IMG/VR virus record: IMGVR_UViG_3300029305_006397
DNA length: 64,000 nucleotides
Source of the DNA: a virus
Strand: one strand, 5' to 3'
Positions 8,714-17,544 of this stretch are shown in pieces. The notes beneath the pieces are model-generated. The model was not told where the DNA came from. It searched no databases and worked only from the letters and a program-made list of their open reading frames with translations. How positions within the stretch are numbered: the stretch's first letter is position 1; every line of letters begins with the position of its first letter. The translations under genes were made by a program, and so were the position numbers.

Positions 8714-8800
8714 TATTATTTCCTCTCTTTCTTTTCAATGGGGATTTGATAACTTTCTTTGGGATAATCAAAAATAAGCATTGTTGCTTGTTATACTCGC

Positions 8801-9247
8801 TCAATAAGGGCCTCGATAAATCTTGCCAGTGAAGTTGCCGTTTTTATCCTGCTCCCATATACAATCATACATACCGATTAAACGATTTCTGTATACCTGG
8901 CTGGGTTCGTTACCTTCGTAAATCTTGTCGTCCTTATATCTGATTTTATCGTATTCATATCGGTTCCAGTCGATGATTTTTGCCACAGGCAGAGGATGTT
9001 GTTTAATGATTTTGCGATACTTACCATCGCTATACCATTCATTGATCTGGCGTTTCTCGAAATGCTCAATATCCCACTTCCAGCTTTCGATATCGACAAC
9101 GCCCTGGGGGATGGGATCTTCAGGAAGATAATAGAGCGTTTTCCTGATCTCGGCGGCACGGGCATTGGTTTCTCTGGTTTTCTTATTCTGCGCAGCGGCA
9201 GCTGCGCCCCAAAGGAAAAGACCTGCGAGAAGTTTAATCATCAACAT
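8801..9247 (-). CDS. hypothetical secreted/membrane-anchored protein (148 aa)
   Basis: AAAGGAG SD before the ATG at 9245-9247. N-terminal signal-like MLMIKLLAGLFLWGAAAAA. Confidence 0.6.
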   Translation of the reverse strand: MLMIKLLAGLFLWGAAAAAQNKKTRETNARAAEIRKTLYYLPEDPIPQGVVDIESWKWDIEHFEKRQINEWYSDGKYRKIIKQHPLPVAKIIDWNRYEYDKIRYKDDKIYEGNEPSQVYRNRLIGMYDCIWEQDKNGNFTGKIYRGPY

Positions 9248-9257
9248 TCGACTCCTT

Positions 9258-10061
9258 TCAAATATATTCAAGACCAAGTTCCACGCTATTGAAAATGCTT
9301 TCTACTTCGGTATCCATGATGCCAATATACTTTAGTGTAACTTGCGGACTGGAATGACCAAACGCCTGTTGAAGTATAACCAGTGCTTTAGACTTATCTT
9401 CTGCGTTGTGCCATCTCCAATAGCCCCACGTTTTTCTCAGTGAATGCGACCCGATATTTTGTTTGATTCCAGCTTCCGCCGCTGTATCTTTTATAACTCT
9501 CCAGAGATATTTAGATTCAATCGGATCGTTTCCCTTTTGAGAAGGAAAAAGGTAATCGTCTAAATTATCTATTGGGTATTCTGAAATGAAATTCATAATT
9601 GCAGCCTGTACAGTTTGATTGAAAAACAGCTTTACAAATTTCTTTTGCTTCTTTTGCTTTTGCGGTTGCAAGGCATAGAATTGTTTAAAAGCAAGGTTTC
9701 CGGCATTATTTCGTTCGAGAAAGAACGACCAGCGCAAAGTGCGAAGATCGGATGCCCGAACACCAACATTGATTCCGATCAAAAACAGTAGCTTGTTTCG
9801 CGAAGCAGTTTTTTTGCGACATACGCCAGAAGCTGACGTAATATGTTTATCAAATATGGCGATCATCGCCTGAATTTCTTCCTGGGTGCGAAATGCGTAC
9901 ACTTCTGAAGATTCGCCTGCAATTTTATTATTGCGGCTTTTATTGATCGAACCATCCAGATTGTACTTGACTTTCTTTTTCTGTTTACCGCCCTGCAAAA
10001 CGCTAAGAGGAACGATGTTTGAAGTGTCCCGTTCAATCGGGAAAGCGACCACATTATTCAT
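9258..10061 (-). CDS. tyrosine recombinase / phage integrase
   Basis: Catalytic boxes GVRASDL (Arg I), HSLRKTWG (His-x-x-Arg), GHSSPQVTLKYIG (His/Tyr). The start chosen is the ATG at 10059-10061, overlapping the upstream stop; the track ORF extends to 10187. Confidence 0.85.
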   Translation of the reverse strand: MNNVVAFPIERDTSNIVPLSVLQGGKQKKKVKYNLDGSINKSRNNKIAGESSEVYAFRTQEEIQAMIAIFDKHITSASGVCRKKTASRNKLLFLIGINVGVRASDLRTLRWSFFLERNNAGNLAFKQFYALQPQKQKKQKKFVKLFFNQTVQAAIMNFISEYPIDNLDDYLFPSQKGNDPIESKYLWRVIKDTAAEAGIKQNIGSHSLRKTWGYWRWHNAEDKSKALVILQQAFGHSSPQVTLKYIGIMDTEVESIFNSVELGLEYI

Positions 10062-10764
10062 GTACGATTTCAATCCTTTCTTTAATTTTTGATGTGTCAA
10101 TGACCAATTCATCTTCATCTCGGCCATTGAAATAAGCGAGGATTTCAGATTTATCGACGGTTGCCCTTTGAATATAACCTTTTTCATCGGCTATATCAAA
10201 GCGGTGGGCAAACCACTTTGCAGTTTCAAGACTCCAAGTCCACGAAAGACCATTGGGGTTACGACCCACAGAGACGCCACGATATACCGTAAGATGCTGA
10301 GGCAACCTTTCGTAATAAGCAAGTTCATCAGCATCCATGAGATACTTTTTATTTGCCTGACGGAACCACGATGCAGCTGTACGCAAGGAAACATTTGCAT
10401 CTTGATTTGGATTTTCTACGTTTACCCATACAGTTGCCAACATCCGATCCCGTTCTTCCTTTGAAAGATAGGTGCGGATATGTTTTAGAAAAGTAAGCTG
10501 ATAAGCTTTTCGGATCATCATGACGACGCCAAATGCATTAGTTTGCTTATCAATTACCGGAAGCATTGCTTCACGAGCAAGATTAAGCTCATTTGAATCT
10601 AACAGATTCAGCATTTTCCATTCGCCATTAATCATCGCTGGATGCGTTGCAGTTTCAAAAACAGGGTGATAGAGAATAAAAGGCAAATCGCTTTGATGGA
10701 TATTCATATATAAGAATATCCTTGCCATTCTCTTGACTTCATTCAAATCAGTTTGCCTTTTCAT
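10054..10764 (-). CDS. putative R-S-ExE mono-ADP-ribosyltransferase-like protein
   Basis: C-terminal LTVYRG ... LSWTWS ... GRDEDELVI fits the Arg / Ser-x-Ser / Glu-x-Glu ART triad spacing. Start is at M6 after GGGAGA (track start 10779). Confidence 0.5.
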   Translation of the reverse strand: MKRQTDLNEVKRMARIFLYMNIHQSDLPFILYHPVFETATHPAMINGEWKMLNLLDSNELNLAREAMLPVIDKQTNAFGVVMMIRKAYQLTFLKHIRTYLSKEERDRMLATVWVNVENPNQDANVSLRTAASWFRQANKKYLMDADELAYYERLPQHLTVYRGVSVGRNPNGLSWTWSLETAKWFAHRFDIADEKGYIQRATVDKSEILAYFNGRDEDELVIDTSKIKERIEIVHE

Positions 10765-10784
10765 GCTCAATTCTCCCATTTATT

Positions 10785-10802
10785 TTTGCACATTATGTTT
10801 GT
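10785..10802 (-). promoter_or_regulatory. conserved 18-nt motif copy D (ACAAACATAATGTGCAAA)
   Basis: Lies about 20 nt upstream of the ART-like gene start. Confidence 0.5.
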
Positions 10803-10877
10803 ATAAAATGCATAATCAGGTTTGCAAGCCCCTGATCTGATATTATTTTACCATATTTTGTACAGAAAATCAATCCC

Positions 10878-10895
10878 TTAAACATGATATGCAAA
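10878..10895 (+). promoter_or_regulatory. conserved 18-nt motif copy D' (TTAAACATGATATGCAAA), opposite orientation
   Basis: 15/18 match to the consensus (three mismatches: T1, G9, A12). Faces copy D across the 10780-10914 spacer. Confidence 0.4.
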
Positions 10896-10914
10896 AATTA
10901 ATTTTCATATGCCA

Positions 10915-11271
10915 TTACATGATTGTTACTTCAATAGAGGTTCCTTCATAATTCCCCGACATGATTTCATAGCAAGAATCGGAAACAGAGGTAATGTTGA
11001 TAAACTGAATCGCTTTATCAAACATATTGTAGATAATCGGGAGTAAATAGCGGTGATTTGAGCACACATGAATATCACAAAGGATTCTTTCAAGAAATGT
11101 TCTTGCCTCAATTTTACAACTGGAAGCTAAAGCTTTTTCAAATTTTCCATGAATATTATACCATTCGTATCCTTCGGTATAAAAATCGGCCATTTTGCGA
11201 ATAGATGGATCGAGATCGAGCAATTCGAAATCGCCATCTGTTTTAAGTGTTATGTCGATTTCAATAAGCAC
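10915..11271 (-). CDS. hypothetical protein (118 aa)
   Basis: Track ORF. GTG start follows GGTGGGG, 3 nt after the upstream stop. Confidence 0.5.
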   Translation of the reverse strand: MLIEIDITLKTDGDFELLDLDPSIRKMADFYTEGYEWYNIHGKFEKALASSCKIEARTFLERILCDIHVCSNHRYLLPIIYNMFDKAIQFINITSVSDSCYEIMSGNYEGTSIEVTIM

Positions 11272-11274
11272 ACT

Positions 11275-11652
11275 CTACCCCACCTTTTCTTCGGTATTCT
11301 CATATCGGATGCGATCCATTATACGCTGAAAAATCCAATGAACGCGCAGAAAGCGATCCCATGACCAACGATCAGAACAATAGAAGGTTTCCCAACGCAG
11401 CATATCAAACCAATCGTATACTGATTTTGATTTCTCTGCTTCTGTTTCCCATAAATGTTCCCAGTTACCCTGACACAAATTTTCCAGTAGGAAATTGGTT
11501 CTCCCAATCATTCCAAATTTCCAGAATAAAAGATTCCTGGCAAAACGAAAATAATCTCGCTGAAAGTTGATAGAGGAGACATACCACGGACATGCATTTT
11601 GTTTTGCTGTAACTTTATTTATAAATTTCCTCGTAATTAAATAATGAAACAT
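11275..11652 (-). CDS. hypothetical protein (125 aa)
   Basis: Track ORF. GGAGGTGG SD; TAAATG junction with the upstream gene. Confidence 0.6.
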   Translation of the reverse strand: MFHYLITRKFINKVTAKQNACPWYVSSINFQRDYFRFARNLLFWKFGMIGRTNFLLENLCQGNWEHLWETEAEKSKSVYDWFDMLRWETFYCSDRWSWDRFLRVHWIFQRIMDRIRYENTEEKVG

Positions 11653-11931
11653 TTATTCCACCTCCGTATCAAACCCCAAGTCCATAAGCAGCTCACGAAC
11701 TTCAGAAATTCCATCACGAAAAGACTGTTGTACAAGAGATTCGGTACGCAATAGCTTTTCATGGTCGATCAACATTTCGTATCTAGACGCACTGATATTC
11801 CTTTTATTAGTATGCTCTGCGTCAAGGAGTTCCTTGACGACCAGCCTTCTTTCTTCTTCCATTTCAGCAAGCTTTTTACACTCTTGGCGGTATAATTCGG
11901 ATACTTTATCGATGACCTCTGACATTTTCAT
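11653..11931 (-). CDS. hypothetical protein (92 aa)
   Basis: ATGA stop/start overlap with the upstream gene. AAAGGAG SD. Confidence 0.55.
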   Translation of the reverse strand: MKMSEVIDKVSELYRQECKKLAEMEEERRLVVKELLDAEHTNKRNISASRYEMLIDHEKLLRTESLVQQSFRDGISEVRELLMDLGFDTEVE

Positions 11932-12179
11932 TTGTTTTTCTCCTTTACCATATCGGCCTGTTTTCTGCAATTCAAGGCATATTCCAGGCTGAAATTATCC
12001 AGATGCCCATAGATACTTAAATCTCTGGCATTCTGCATACAGGCATAGAGCAGCAAAAATCTTTCATTTCGATCTTCATCGCCAACCTCATCCAAAGCAT
12101 TACAGATACAGTTAAGCTCCTCGGCTGACAAACAGACGACTGCTTTTCTTTCCACCTTGGAAACACTATTAATAATCAT
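11928..12179 (-). CDS. hypothetical protein (83 aa)
   Basis: Track ORF. GGAGGC SD; TAAATG junction. Confidence 0.6.
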   Translation of the reverse strand: MIINSVSKVERKAVVCLSAEELNCICNALDEVGDEDRNERFLLLYACMQNARDLSIYGHLDNFSLEYALNCRKQADMVKEKNK

Positions 12180-12389
12180 TTATTCTGCCTCCGTCCATAT
12201 ATCTTTTTCCTGAATAGATGGAATTTCAATTTTTGTTTCGCGCCCATATTTATCTTTGACGTAGAAAATATATTCTATATCTCTATCACCGGAAACGATA
12301 TAGCCTATAGATGCTACAGATCCTACACCGTGCAACATTTCATACGCTTGCAAAAACGCAATAATTTGACTTGTACTTGCAGTTTTCAT
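12180..12389 (-). CDS. hypothetical protein (69 aa)
   Basis: Track ORF. GGAGGT SD. Confidence 0.6.
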   Translation of the reverse strand: MKTASTSQIIAFLQAYEMLHGVGSVASIGYIVSGDRDIEYIFYVKDKYGRETKIEIPSIQEKDIWTEAE

Positions 12390-12390
12390 T

Positions 12391-12717
12391 TTACTTTACC
12401 TCCGTCCAGCCATTGCGCTGGATAATTCTGCGCATATTTTCAGCGCCTACAGGGTTCATGCTATGGATTCTGATGGGGTAATTGCGGCCAGTTTCTTCAA
12501 GCCAATCAAGTAACTTAATATAGTCGCCGCCATACTGGGCATAGTCGCCTGCGTCATGATCAAGGTCAATGAGTTCAATAGGTTCAATGCTTTCAATATC
12601 ACCAAATTCTTTGATTTCATTTTCTCTAATCTGAATCTCTTTAATTGCTCTCCATACGCTATGGCACCAAACATAACCCTCCGGCGCAGGACGAACGTCA
12701 TCCACCCAAAGCTTCAT
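12391..12717 (-). CDS. REC-like protein resembling the 'cyclic-phosphate processing receiver' (cREC) family
   Basis: MKLWVDDVRPAPEGY ... LDHDAGDY ... RIHSMNPVGAENM matches, from memory, the W-DD-R-P-GW / DHD / HS-NP-G pattern of that phage-borne family. ATG follows GGAGAG. Confidence 0.55.
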   Translation of the reverse strand: MKLWVDDVRPAPEGYVWCHSVWRAIKEIQIRENEIKEFGDIESIEPIELIDLDHDAGDYAQYGGDYIKLLDWLEETGRNYPIRIHSMNPVGAENMRRIIQRNGWTEVK

Positions 12718-13049
12718 TTCATCCACTCTCCAAATCCATTTACATAGTGATTTCCATCGCTGCGAACCCTGACAAGCGTAAATGCCCTGGCAATGCGTTC
12801 ACCCAAAGAGATATGCTCTTTATCAAACACATCATCAAATAGGCGCATGAACGTGCTGGGTTTATCGCAGGTATCGATGTAATCATACATGGCTGTACGC
12901 ATGATTTCCGCCATTTTATATTCGCTGTAATGGTGGATAGGACAGGCACATTCTTCCGACATATAAGCCTTGACGCCATCGATTACATCGGCAGTATTTT
13001 CAGATCGACGTTTGCAAGCCATAATGATATTAAACGTTCTTTCAGTCAT
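12714..13049 (-). CDS. hypothetical protein (111 aa)
   Basis: Track ORF. AAGGAGGA SD. Confidence 0.6.
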   Translation of the reverse strand: MTERTFNIIMACKRRSENTADVIDGVKAYMSEECACPIHHYSEYKMAEIMRTAMYDYIDTCDKPSTFMRLFDDVFDKEHISLGERIARAFTLVRVRSDGNHYVNGFGEWMK

Positions 13050-13064
13050 ATTTCTTCGTCCTCC

Positions 13065-13277
13065 TTACGAATATTGAAAACCGCGAAGATCAGCAAAACC
13101 TTGTCCAAATGCTTCTTCAAACAAACCTTGTGCTTCCGCTGCAGATCTGCAGGCAACGGTAATAAAATGCCCAGGTTCTTCAGTAAGCTTTAAAATCAAA
13201 TATTCTCCGTCAATAAGCATCGAGCAGCATTCATACAAACATTCTGCACACTTAGGTGCGCTCAAACGAACTCTCAT
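13065..13277 (-). CDS. hypothetical protein (70 aa)
   Basis: Track ORF. AAAGGA SD. Confidence 0.5.
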   Translation of the reverse strand: MRVRLSAPKCAECLYECCSMLIDGEYLILKLTEEPGHFITVACRSAAEAQGLFEEAFGQGFADLRGFQYS

Positions 13278-13281
13278 TTCA

Positions 13282-13488
13282 TTATTCCTTTCTATTCCAT
13301 TCTTCTTTGGTCATTCCAAGCTCCTTCATGAGCAAGCGATTGACCAAGCCATTAAGCGAGATATTGAATATTTCACAATACTCTTTTATCGCGCTTTCGC
13401 GACCTTTGGGAAGATAAATTCTTGAAGTATAATAAGTTCTTTTATTATATTCCGCCTGATATTGACCCTTGGCATTACCGTTCGACAT
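13282..13488 (-). CDS. small RHH/Arc-like DNA-binding protein (68 aa), paralog of 33931..34149
   Basis: GGAGGG SD before the internal ATG. Shares the pattern ...YNKR.Y......LPKGR...I..YC......NGL.N.LL..ELG....EW with the plus-strand ORF at 33931. Confidence 0.55.
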   Translation of the reverse strand: MSNGNAKGQYQAEYNKRTYYTSRIYLPKGRESAIKEYCEIFNISLNGLVNRLLMKELGMTKEEWNRKE

Positions 13489-13816
13489 GAAATTCCCTCC
13501 AATTGAGAATAAATCCGTTGTTAATGAAGCGTTCGATGAATGCAGCACGACCAGGATCATCGCCAGAAATCATGATGTTAATAGAGTTACTGGGTATAAG
13601 ACAATTTTCCGTTTCAGGAATATCATTATAAAAAGAAAATTCTACATTCATCAGATCAAGGAGATGTCTTAACCTATCAAAAGTTTCATCTCTTAAAAGA
13701 GATAAGTTTTTGATGTAGGTATTTCCATAGGCAACCTTCACGATAGGCGTGATTGCCTGTAAATACTCTTTCATTTTCTCCTGATATCTGCGTTCAATTT
13801 CTTCATTTGAAAACAT
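13475..13816 (-). CDS. hypothetical protein (113 aa)
   Basis: Track ORF. GGAGGT SD. Confidence 0.6.
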   Translation of the reverse strand: MFSNEEIERRYQEKMKEYLQAITPIVKVAYGNTYIKNLSLLRDETFDRLRHLLDLMNVEFSFYNDIPETENCLIPSNSINIMISGDDPGRAAFIERFINNGFILNWREFHVER

Positions 13817-13822
13817 GGCAAC

Positions 13823-13981
13823 TTACCTCCAGGGATTAGAATAAGAGTTCCACAATTCCCTTCCACAATGAGGGCAAAACTTCCACTCATTTTCGATAGC
13901 TTCTTGGTGATCGATTGGCTTCTGGCAAAAGCTGCAGCAATAAACCGGGATATTATCAATTATACACTGAATTTGAAGCAT
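13823..13981 (-). CDS. small zinc-ribbon protein (52 aa)
   Basis: AAAGGAGGA SD before the ATG. CCSFC...CPHC motif. Confidence 0.55.
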   Translation of the reverse strand: MLQIQCIIDNIPVYCCSFCQKPIDHQEAIENEWKFCPHCGRELWNSYSNPWR

Positions 13982-13994
13982 GGCGATTCCTCCT

Positions 13995-14252
13995 TTATTC
14001 TTTATCACAAAGTTCTATACAAATAACTGCTTGTTCATAATATTCTCCACGAGATTCGTCGTAGAAAAGCTGATCTTCCGGATAGATATAGGCAATTTCG
14101 CGACCAACATAATTGATCATATCTTTTGGATAACAATACTCGGCATCGCCCTCGTAATAAATATCACGTTTGCTTTGCTGAACATTGAAATGGCTGATTT
14201 GTATTTTTCCTTCTACGACATGTTCTGCAAACAAAAGATCATGAAGTGTCAT
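13995..14252 (-). CDS. hypothetical protein (85 aa)
   Basis: Track ORF. GAGGAGGA SD. First gene after the terminator/promoter spacer. Confidence 0.6.
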   Translation of the reverse strand: MTLHDLLFAEHVVEGKIQISHFNVQQSKRDIYYEGDAEYCYPKDMINYVGREIAYIYPEDQLFYDESRGEYYEQAVICIELCDKE

Positions 14253-14384
14253 AAAATTCCTCCTCTACATGCAAATCAATATTCACTCATATACCACGGA
14301 GCAATTCAAATTTTCCATCTGAGTTGCATCGTAGAACATGTAACATCAAAATTTCCATCTAACATTTAACTTGTTACATATGAG

Positions 14385-14418
14385 GGTAAATAAGAGGAGA
14401 GGTTTCGCTCTCTCCTCT
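14385..14418 (-). terminator. intrinsic terminator
   Basis: Minus-sense GAGGAGAGAG-CGAAA-CCTCTCCTC then TTATTT, right after the stop at 14426. Related in sequence to the hairpin at 27872-27908. Confidence 0.65.
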
Positions 14419-14425
14419 ATCTCGG

Positions 14426-14665
14426 TTATTCAACTGCTTTCCAATTCCCATATGTAAAAGGATATCCAGCGGCATTTTTTAGGCTCCGCAGAGCCTTTGT
14501 GAGAGCTTCTTCCTGAGCCTCACAAATAGGCCAAGGGTCATCACAGCAGCCTTCTGAGATCAATGTATGGACGCCACGCACACAGCGAATCATATCTTCC
14601 ATTGACCGCATCATAGATTCCATTTTGTTCAAAGAATTATTCAGTCTGTTCTGACTTACATTCAT
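14426..14665 (-). CDS. hypothetical protein (79 aa)
   Basis: Internal ATG follows GAGAGGAG. The longer track ORF overlaps the upstream gene extensively. Confidence 0.5.
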   Translation of the reverse strand: MNVSQNRLNNSLNKMESMMRSMEDMIRCVRGVHTLISEGCCDDPWPICEAQEEALTKALRSLKNAAGYPFTYGNWKAVE

Positions 14666-15209
14666 TGTTACAACACTCCTCTCTGATACGAGCAGCGAGA
14701 TCGTGAAACACCTTTGCCCAAACATCTGCCTGTTCCGGCTTATCGATTTGAATAAACAGAATGGGAAGTATGATCTGGTTGTCCCAATTTTCTCTGAGAT
14801 TATTACCACCTACTTCAACGGCTTTATTCGACGCAGATACCATGACTCCATAAGCTCCATCATCATTCCTTCTCAGAGAAAATCTTGCTTGCCCAATCGG
14901 AATATGGAGCAAATCATATTTGACCTTTTCAAGCTTCTCTCTCAAATAAGAGTCATAATAATCATATTCAGTTTTGAGTTCGCTTTCCTGGCTAAATTCC
15001 TGAATTGCAGAATAGATATCCTCAATGATATCATTCTGAGGAATATCCTGTCGGAATTTTTCCACTGAATCATATTCCTCGGCAGTGCTGCCGCCGAAAT
15101 AGAACCAATTATCTCCGATCCGACATACAATACCATCATTATTAGGACTCTGTTCCAGTTTGATAATGCCATATCGAAGTCCATCTCGAATCATTTCCTT
15201 AAAAATCAT
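14637..15209 (-). CDS. hypothetical protein (190 aa)
   Basis: Track ORF. GGAGGA SD. Confidence 0.65.
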   Translation of the reverse strand: MIFKEMIRDGLRYGIIKLEQSPNNDGIVCRIGDNWFYFGGSTAEEYDSVEKFRQDIPQNDIIEDIYSAIQEFSQESELKTEYDYYDSYLREKLEKVKYDLLHIPIGQARFSLRRNDDGAYGVMVSASNKAVEVGGNNLRENWDNQIILPILFIQIDKPEQADVWAKVFHDLAARIREECCNNECKSEQTE

Positions 15210-15211
15210 GT

Positions 15212-15403
15212 TTATTCCTCCACTTCTTCCGTGTAAATCGTAAATTCATCAGGGTCGCAATCAAACTTCTCACAGAATTTTTCGTTCTCTTTTTCGTGCC
15301 ACCATTTAGCCCCCAATGCAGCATTATAATTGGAATACACTCCGCAGATTTTAATGAACTCCCCCGTTGCTTCGTCTGTTTTTACAATGATATGAACTTT
15401 CAT
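15212..15403 (-). CDS. hypothetical protein (63 aa), tandem paralog of 15413..15610
   Basis: GGAGGA SD. MKVHIIVKTDEATGEFIKICGVY aligns with MNVYIIVATDSITGQFIRICEVY. Confidence 0.6.
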   Translation of the reverse strand: MKVHIIVKTDEATGEFIKICGVYSNYNAALGAKWWHEKENEKFCEKFDCDPDEFTIYTEEVEE

Positions 15404-15412
15404 TGTTTCCTC

Positions 15413-15610
15413 CTACATCTTAATATAAGCTGTACTTTCATGGATTGTAAAACAATAACGATCCATGTTCAGTTCGTTACTGAGTTCTTCATCCTCTTTT
15501 TCGAATCGTTCAACAGCTTTTAACGCTTCAACATGATCGTTGTACACTTCGCAGATACGAATAAACTGTCCAGTTATCGAATCAGTTGCGACAATGATAT
15601 AAACATTCAT
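15413..15610 (-). CDS. hypothetical protein (65 aa), tandem paralog of 15212..15403
   Basis: ATG sits 10 nt after AAGGA. Paralogous sequence. Confidence 0.55.
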   Translation of the reverse strand: MNVYIIVATDSITGQFIRICEVYNDHVEALKAVERFEKEDEELSNELNMDRYCFTIHESTAYIKM

Positions 15611-15615
15611 AATAG

Positions 15616-16152
15616 TCATTCCTTTCTTTCATCAATATTTTCCAAACCAGCTTTCAGGTTGAACACGACTTTTTCAAGACACTCTCTGCAAAAGTGATGT
15701 TCATGGCTGCAAATCTTCACCGCATAAACGTGGTCTACAATTTTGGTATCGGATTCTTTCATCCAGCTTTCTCTATTTACAGCGAAGCAAATATCACAAT
15801 TTGCGAATGTACGGCAAGGTTTTACTTTGATTTCCGGCAACAATTTTTCTTTCTCAGATTCATAATTCGATTCCACTTTTCGCAGAAGAACCTCCGCAAT
15901 AAACCTGAGATAAAAATTACGCTGACCATCGTCATCAAAACCACCTTTATACGCATCATCGAAATTATGATAATATACGCATACGCCATTTGCATCAGGG
16001 AAGCTGCATGTAAGTTCACCCCAACGCAATCGCACATAGCCAATCAGCTTTCGTTCCGATTGTGTTTCATAATATACATCGTATTGTTCCGGACATCTCC
16101 AAGACGTTTCCACAAATACGATGCTTTTCATATCGTTGAATTGAAAAGTCAT
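15616..16152 (-). CDS. hypothetical Cys-rich protein (178 aa)
   Basis: Track ORF. AGAGGTG SD. CDIC...CSHEHHFCREC cluster. Confidence 0.65.
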   Translation of the reverse strand: MTFQFNDMKSIVFVETSWRCPEQYDVYYETQSERKLIGYVRLRWGELTCSFPDANGVCVYYHNFDDAYKGGFDDDGQRNFYLRFIAEVLLRKVESNYESEKEKLLPEIKVKPCRTFANCDICFAVNRESWMKESDTKIVDHVYAVKICSHEHHFCRECLEKVVFNLKAGLENIDERKE

Positions 16153-16188
16153 CCTTTCGCACCTCTTTTTTATTTGAAAAGTTGTTCG

Positions 16189-16515
16189 TTATTCGAGCCA
16201 TTGTATAGCTTTATATTCTTTATCATTTGGCTTACGCAAAAACAGCAGCCATGTTTTACCATGCTCTGCCATTATCTCTTGGTCATCCAGATATAAACAA
16301 AACTCTTTGAACTCGATCCATCTGCTTGGGATGACGCCAGGTGGAAATAGTTCGCCGGGTTTTACTTCACGACTATAACGTTCTTCTATCCAGACCATCG
16401 GTGCAAATGAGGTTCGGCAATCCAGAACATCATAAGCCATTTCAATACTAAGAGGAAGATTCTTTTCAAATACTTGGCCCCATGTAAGTTCCATTGCTTT
16501 GTCTAATCTTCCCAT
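16189..16515 (-). CDS. hypothetical protein (108 aa)
   Basis: Internal ATG follows GGAGGA. Confidence 0.55.
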   Translation of the reverse strand: MGRLDKAMELTWGQVFEKNLPLSIEMAYDVLDCRTSFAPMVWIEERYSREVKPGELFPPGVIPSRWIEFKEFCLYLDDQEIMAEHGKTWLLFLRKPNDKEYKAIQWLE

Positions 16516-16763
16516 ACAGGTTTCCTCCAATCCAGTTTTTGTCCGCACTGCTTACAATAATGAGCTGATCTATAAACCACATCATTGCAAACAGGACAAC
16601 GATCACCATTGAACTTCGGCGATTTGACAACGTACTTCGGGATTTGCTTTTCAAGGGCAAAGCCTATAACATCAAGTTCTTTTGTGGCGGGAATTTTTCC
16701 GTCATAAACCTGACAACCTATTTTAAAATAGACTTTTCTATATTCATCTGATCCGATTTTCAT
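16503..16763 (-). CDS. zinc-ribbon protein (86 aa)
   Basis: Track ORF trimmed to the ATG. CPVC...CKQC motif. Confidence 0.55.
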   Translation of the reverse strand: MKIGSDEYRKVYFKIGCQVYDGKIPATKELDVIGFALEKQIPKYVVKSPKFNGDRCPVCNDVVYRSAHYCKQCGQKLDWRKPVWED

Positions 16764-16768
16764 TATTC

Positions 16769-16918
16769 TCACGCATCCTTACGCATTTCCTTTGCAAGTA
16801 TATCGCATGTCTTACGAACAGGACAGAGTGAACAAATAATTGGCTTATCAGAAAAATAGCAGTCGATGCAAACTGCATCTACCGCTTCAAGGTATTTCTT
16901 ATACTGTTCTTTCGTCAT
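16769..16918 (-). CDS. small Cys-rich ORF (49 aa)
   Basis: Not in the track (<60 aa). GTGAGGTG SD plus ATG. Fills an otherwise empty gap. Confidence 0.4.
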   Translation of the reverse strand: MTKEQYKKYLEAVDAVCIDCYFSDKPIICSLCPVRKTCDILAKEMRKDA

Positions 16919-16928
16919 AAACTACACC

Positions 16929-17513
16929 TCACTTAGAGTTCCATTTGTTTTCCCACTTGGTTCCTTTGAAATTGAATCCGTCAATCATGTAGTGGGAAAT
17001 TTCATCCAATATTTCATCAGGCGTCTCATGAATAAACCTTTTCATATTCACTGTCGTTCTATCGTGATTATATTCATCAATGAAATCCATGATTTCTTTT
17101 ACCGTGATATCGTTCCTTTGGATTTTATAAAAATCAGGATACCAACGATCAGAGAAAATTCCATTAAAGTAATCAGTGGCATACATGCCAGACATCATCG
17201 GAACCTTATAACCATGGCTATAAACAATTTCGCTGATCCCCTTATTCTGTTCTCCGGTCTCAAAATCTGCTGCCGTAATGCTTGCATCTTCATAGTCTGA
17301 GAAAGTTCCTGAATACATCATGTAGCATTTCTTTCCAGGAATATCTTCATACCAATCCTCAGTAATATCTGCGCCAATCAAAGTTGCATGTCCGCAACCT
17401 GCGCAAATCAAAAGAAGGTTTTTATCATTTTCAATCGCTTTATCAAGTTTGGCGGATTCAGTCATGTGGATTCTTCCACATTTGCAAATCCTCATATCAT
17501 ATTTATTGCCCAT
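16929..17513 (-). CDS. hypothetical protein (194 aa)
   Basis: ATG sits 7 nt after GGAGGA. CKCG...CAGCG motif. Confidence 0.6.
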   Translation of the reverse strand: MGNKYDMRICKCGRIHMTESAKLDKAIENDKNLLLICAGCGHATLIGADITEDWYEDIPGKKCYMMYSGTFSDYEDASITAADFETGEQNKGISEIVYSHGYKVPMMSGMYATDYFNGIFSDRWYPDFYKIQRNDITVKEIMDFIDEYNHDRTTVNMKRFIHETPDEILDEISHYMIDGFNFKGTKWENKWNSK

Positions 17514-17544
17514 ATTAAATCCTCCGCATATTTTACTCATGCTG

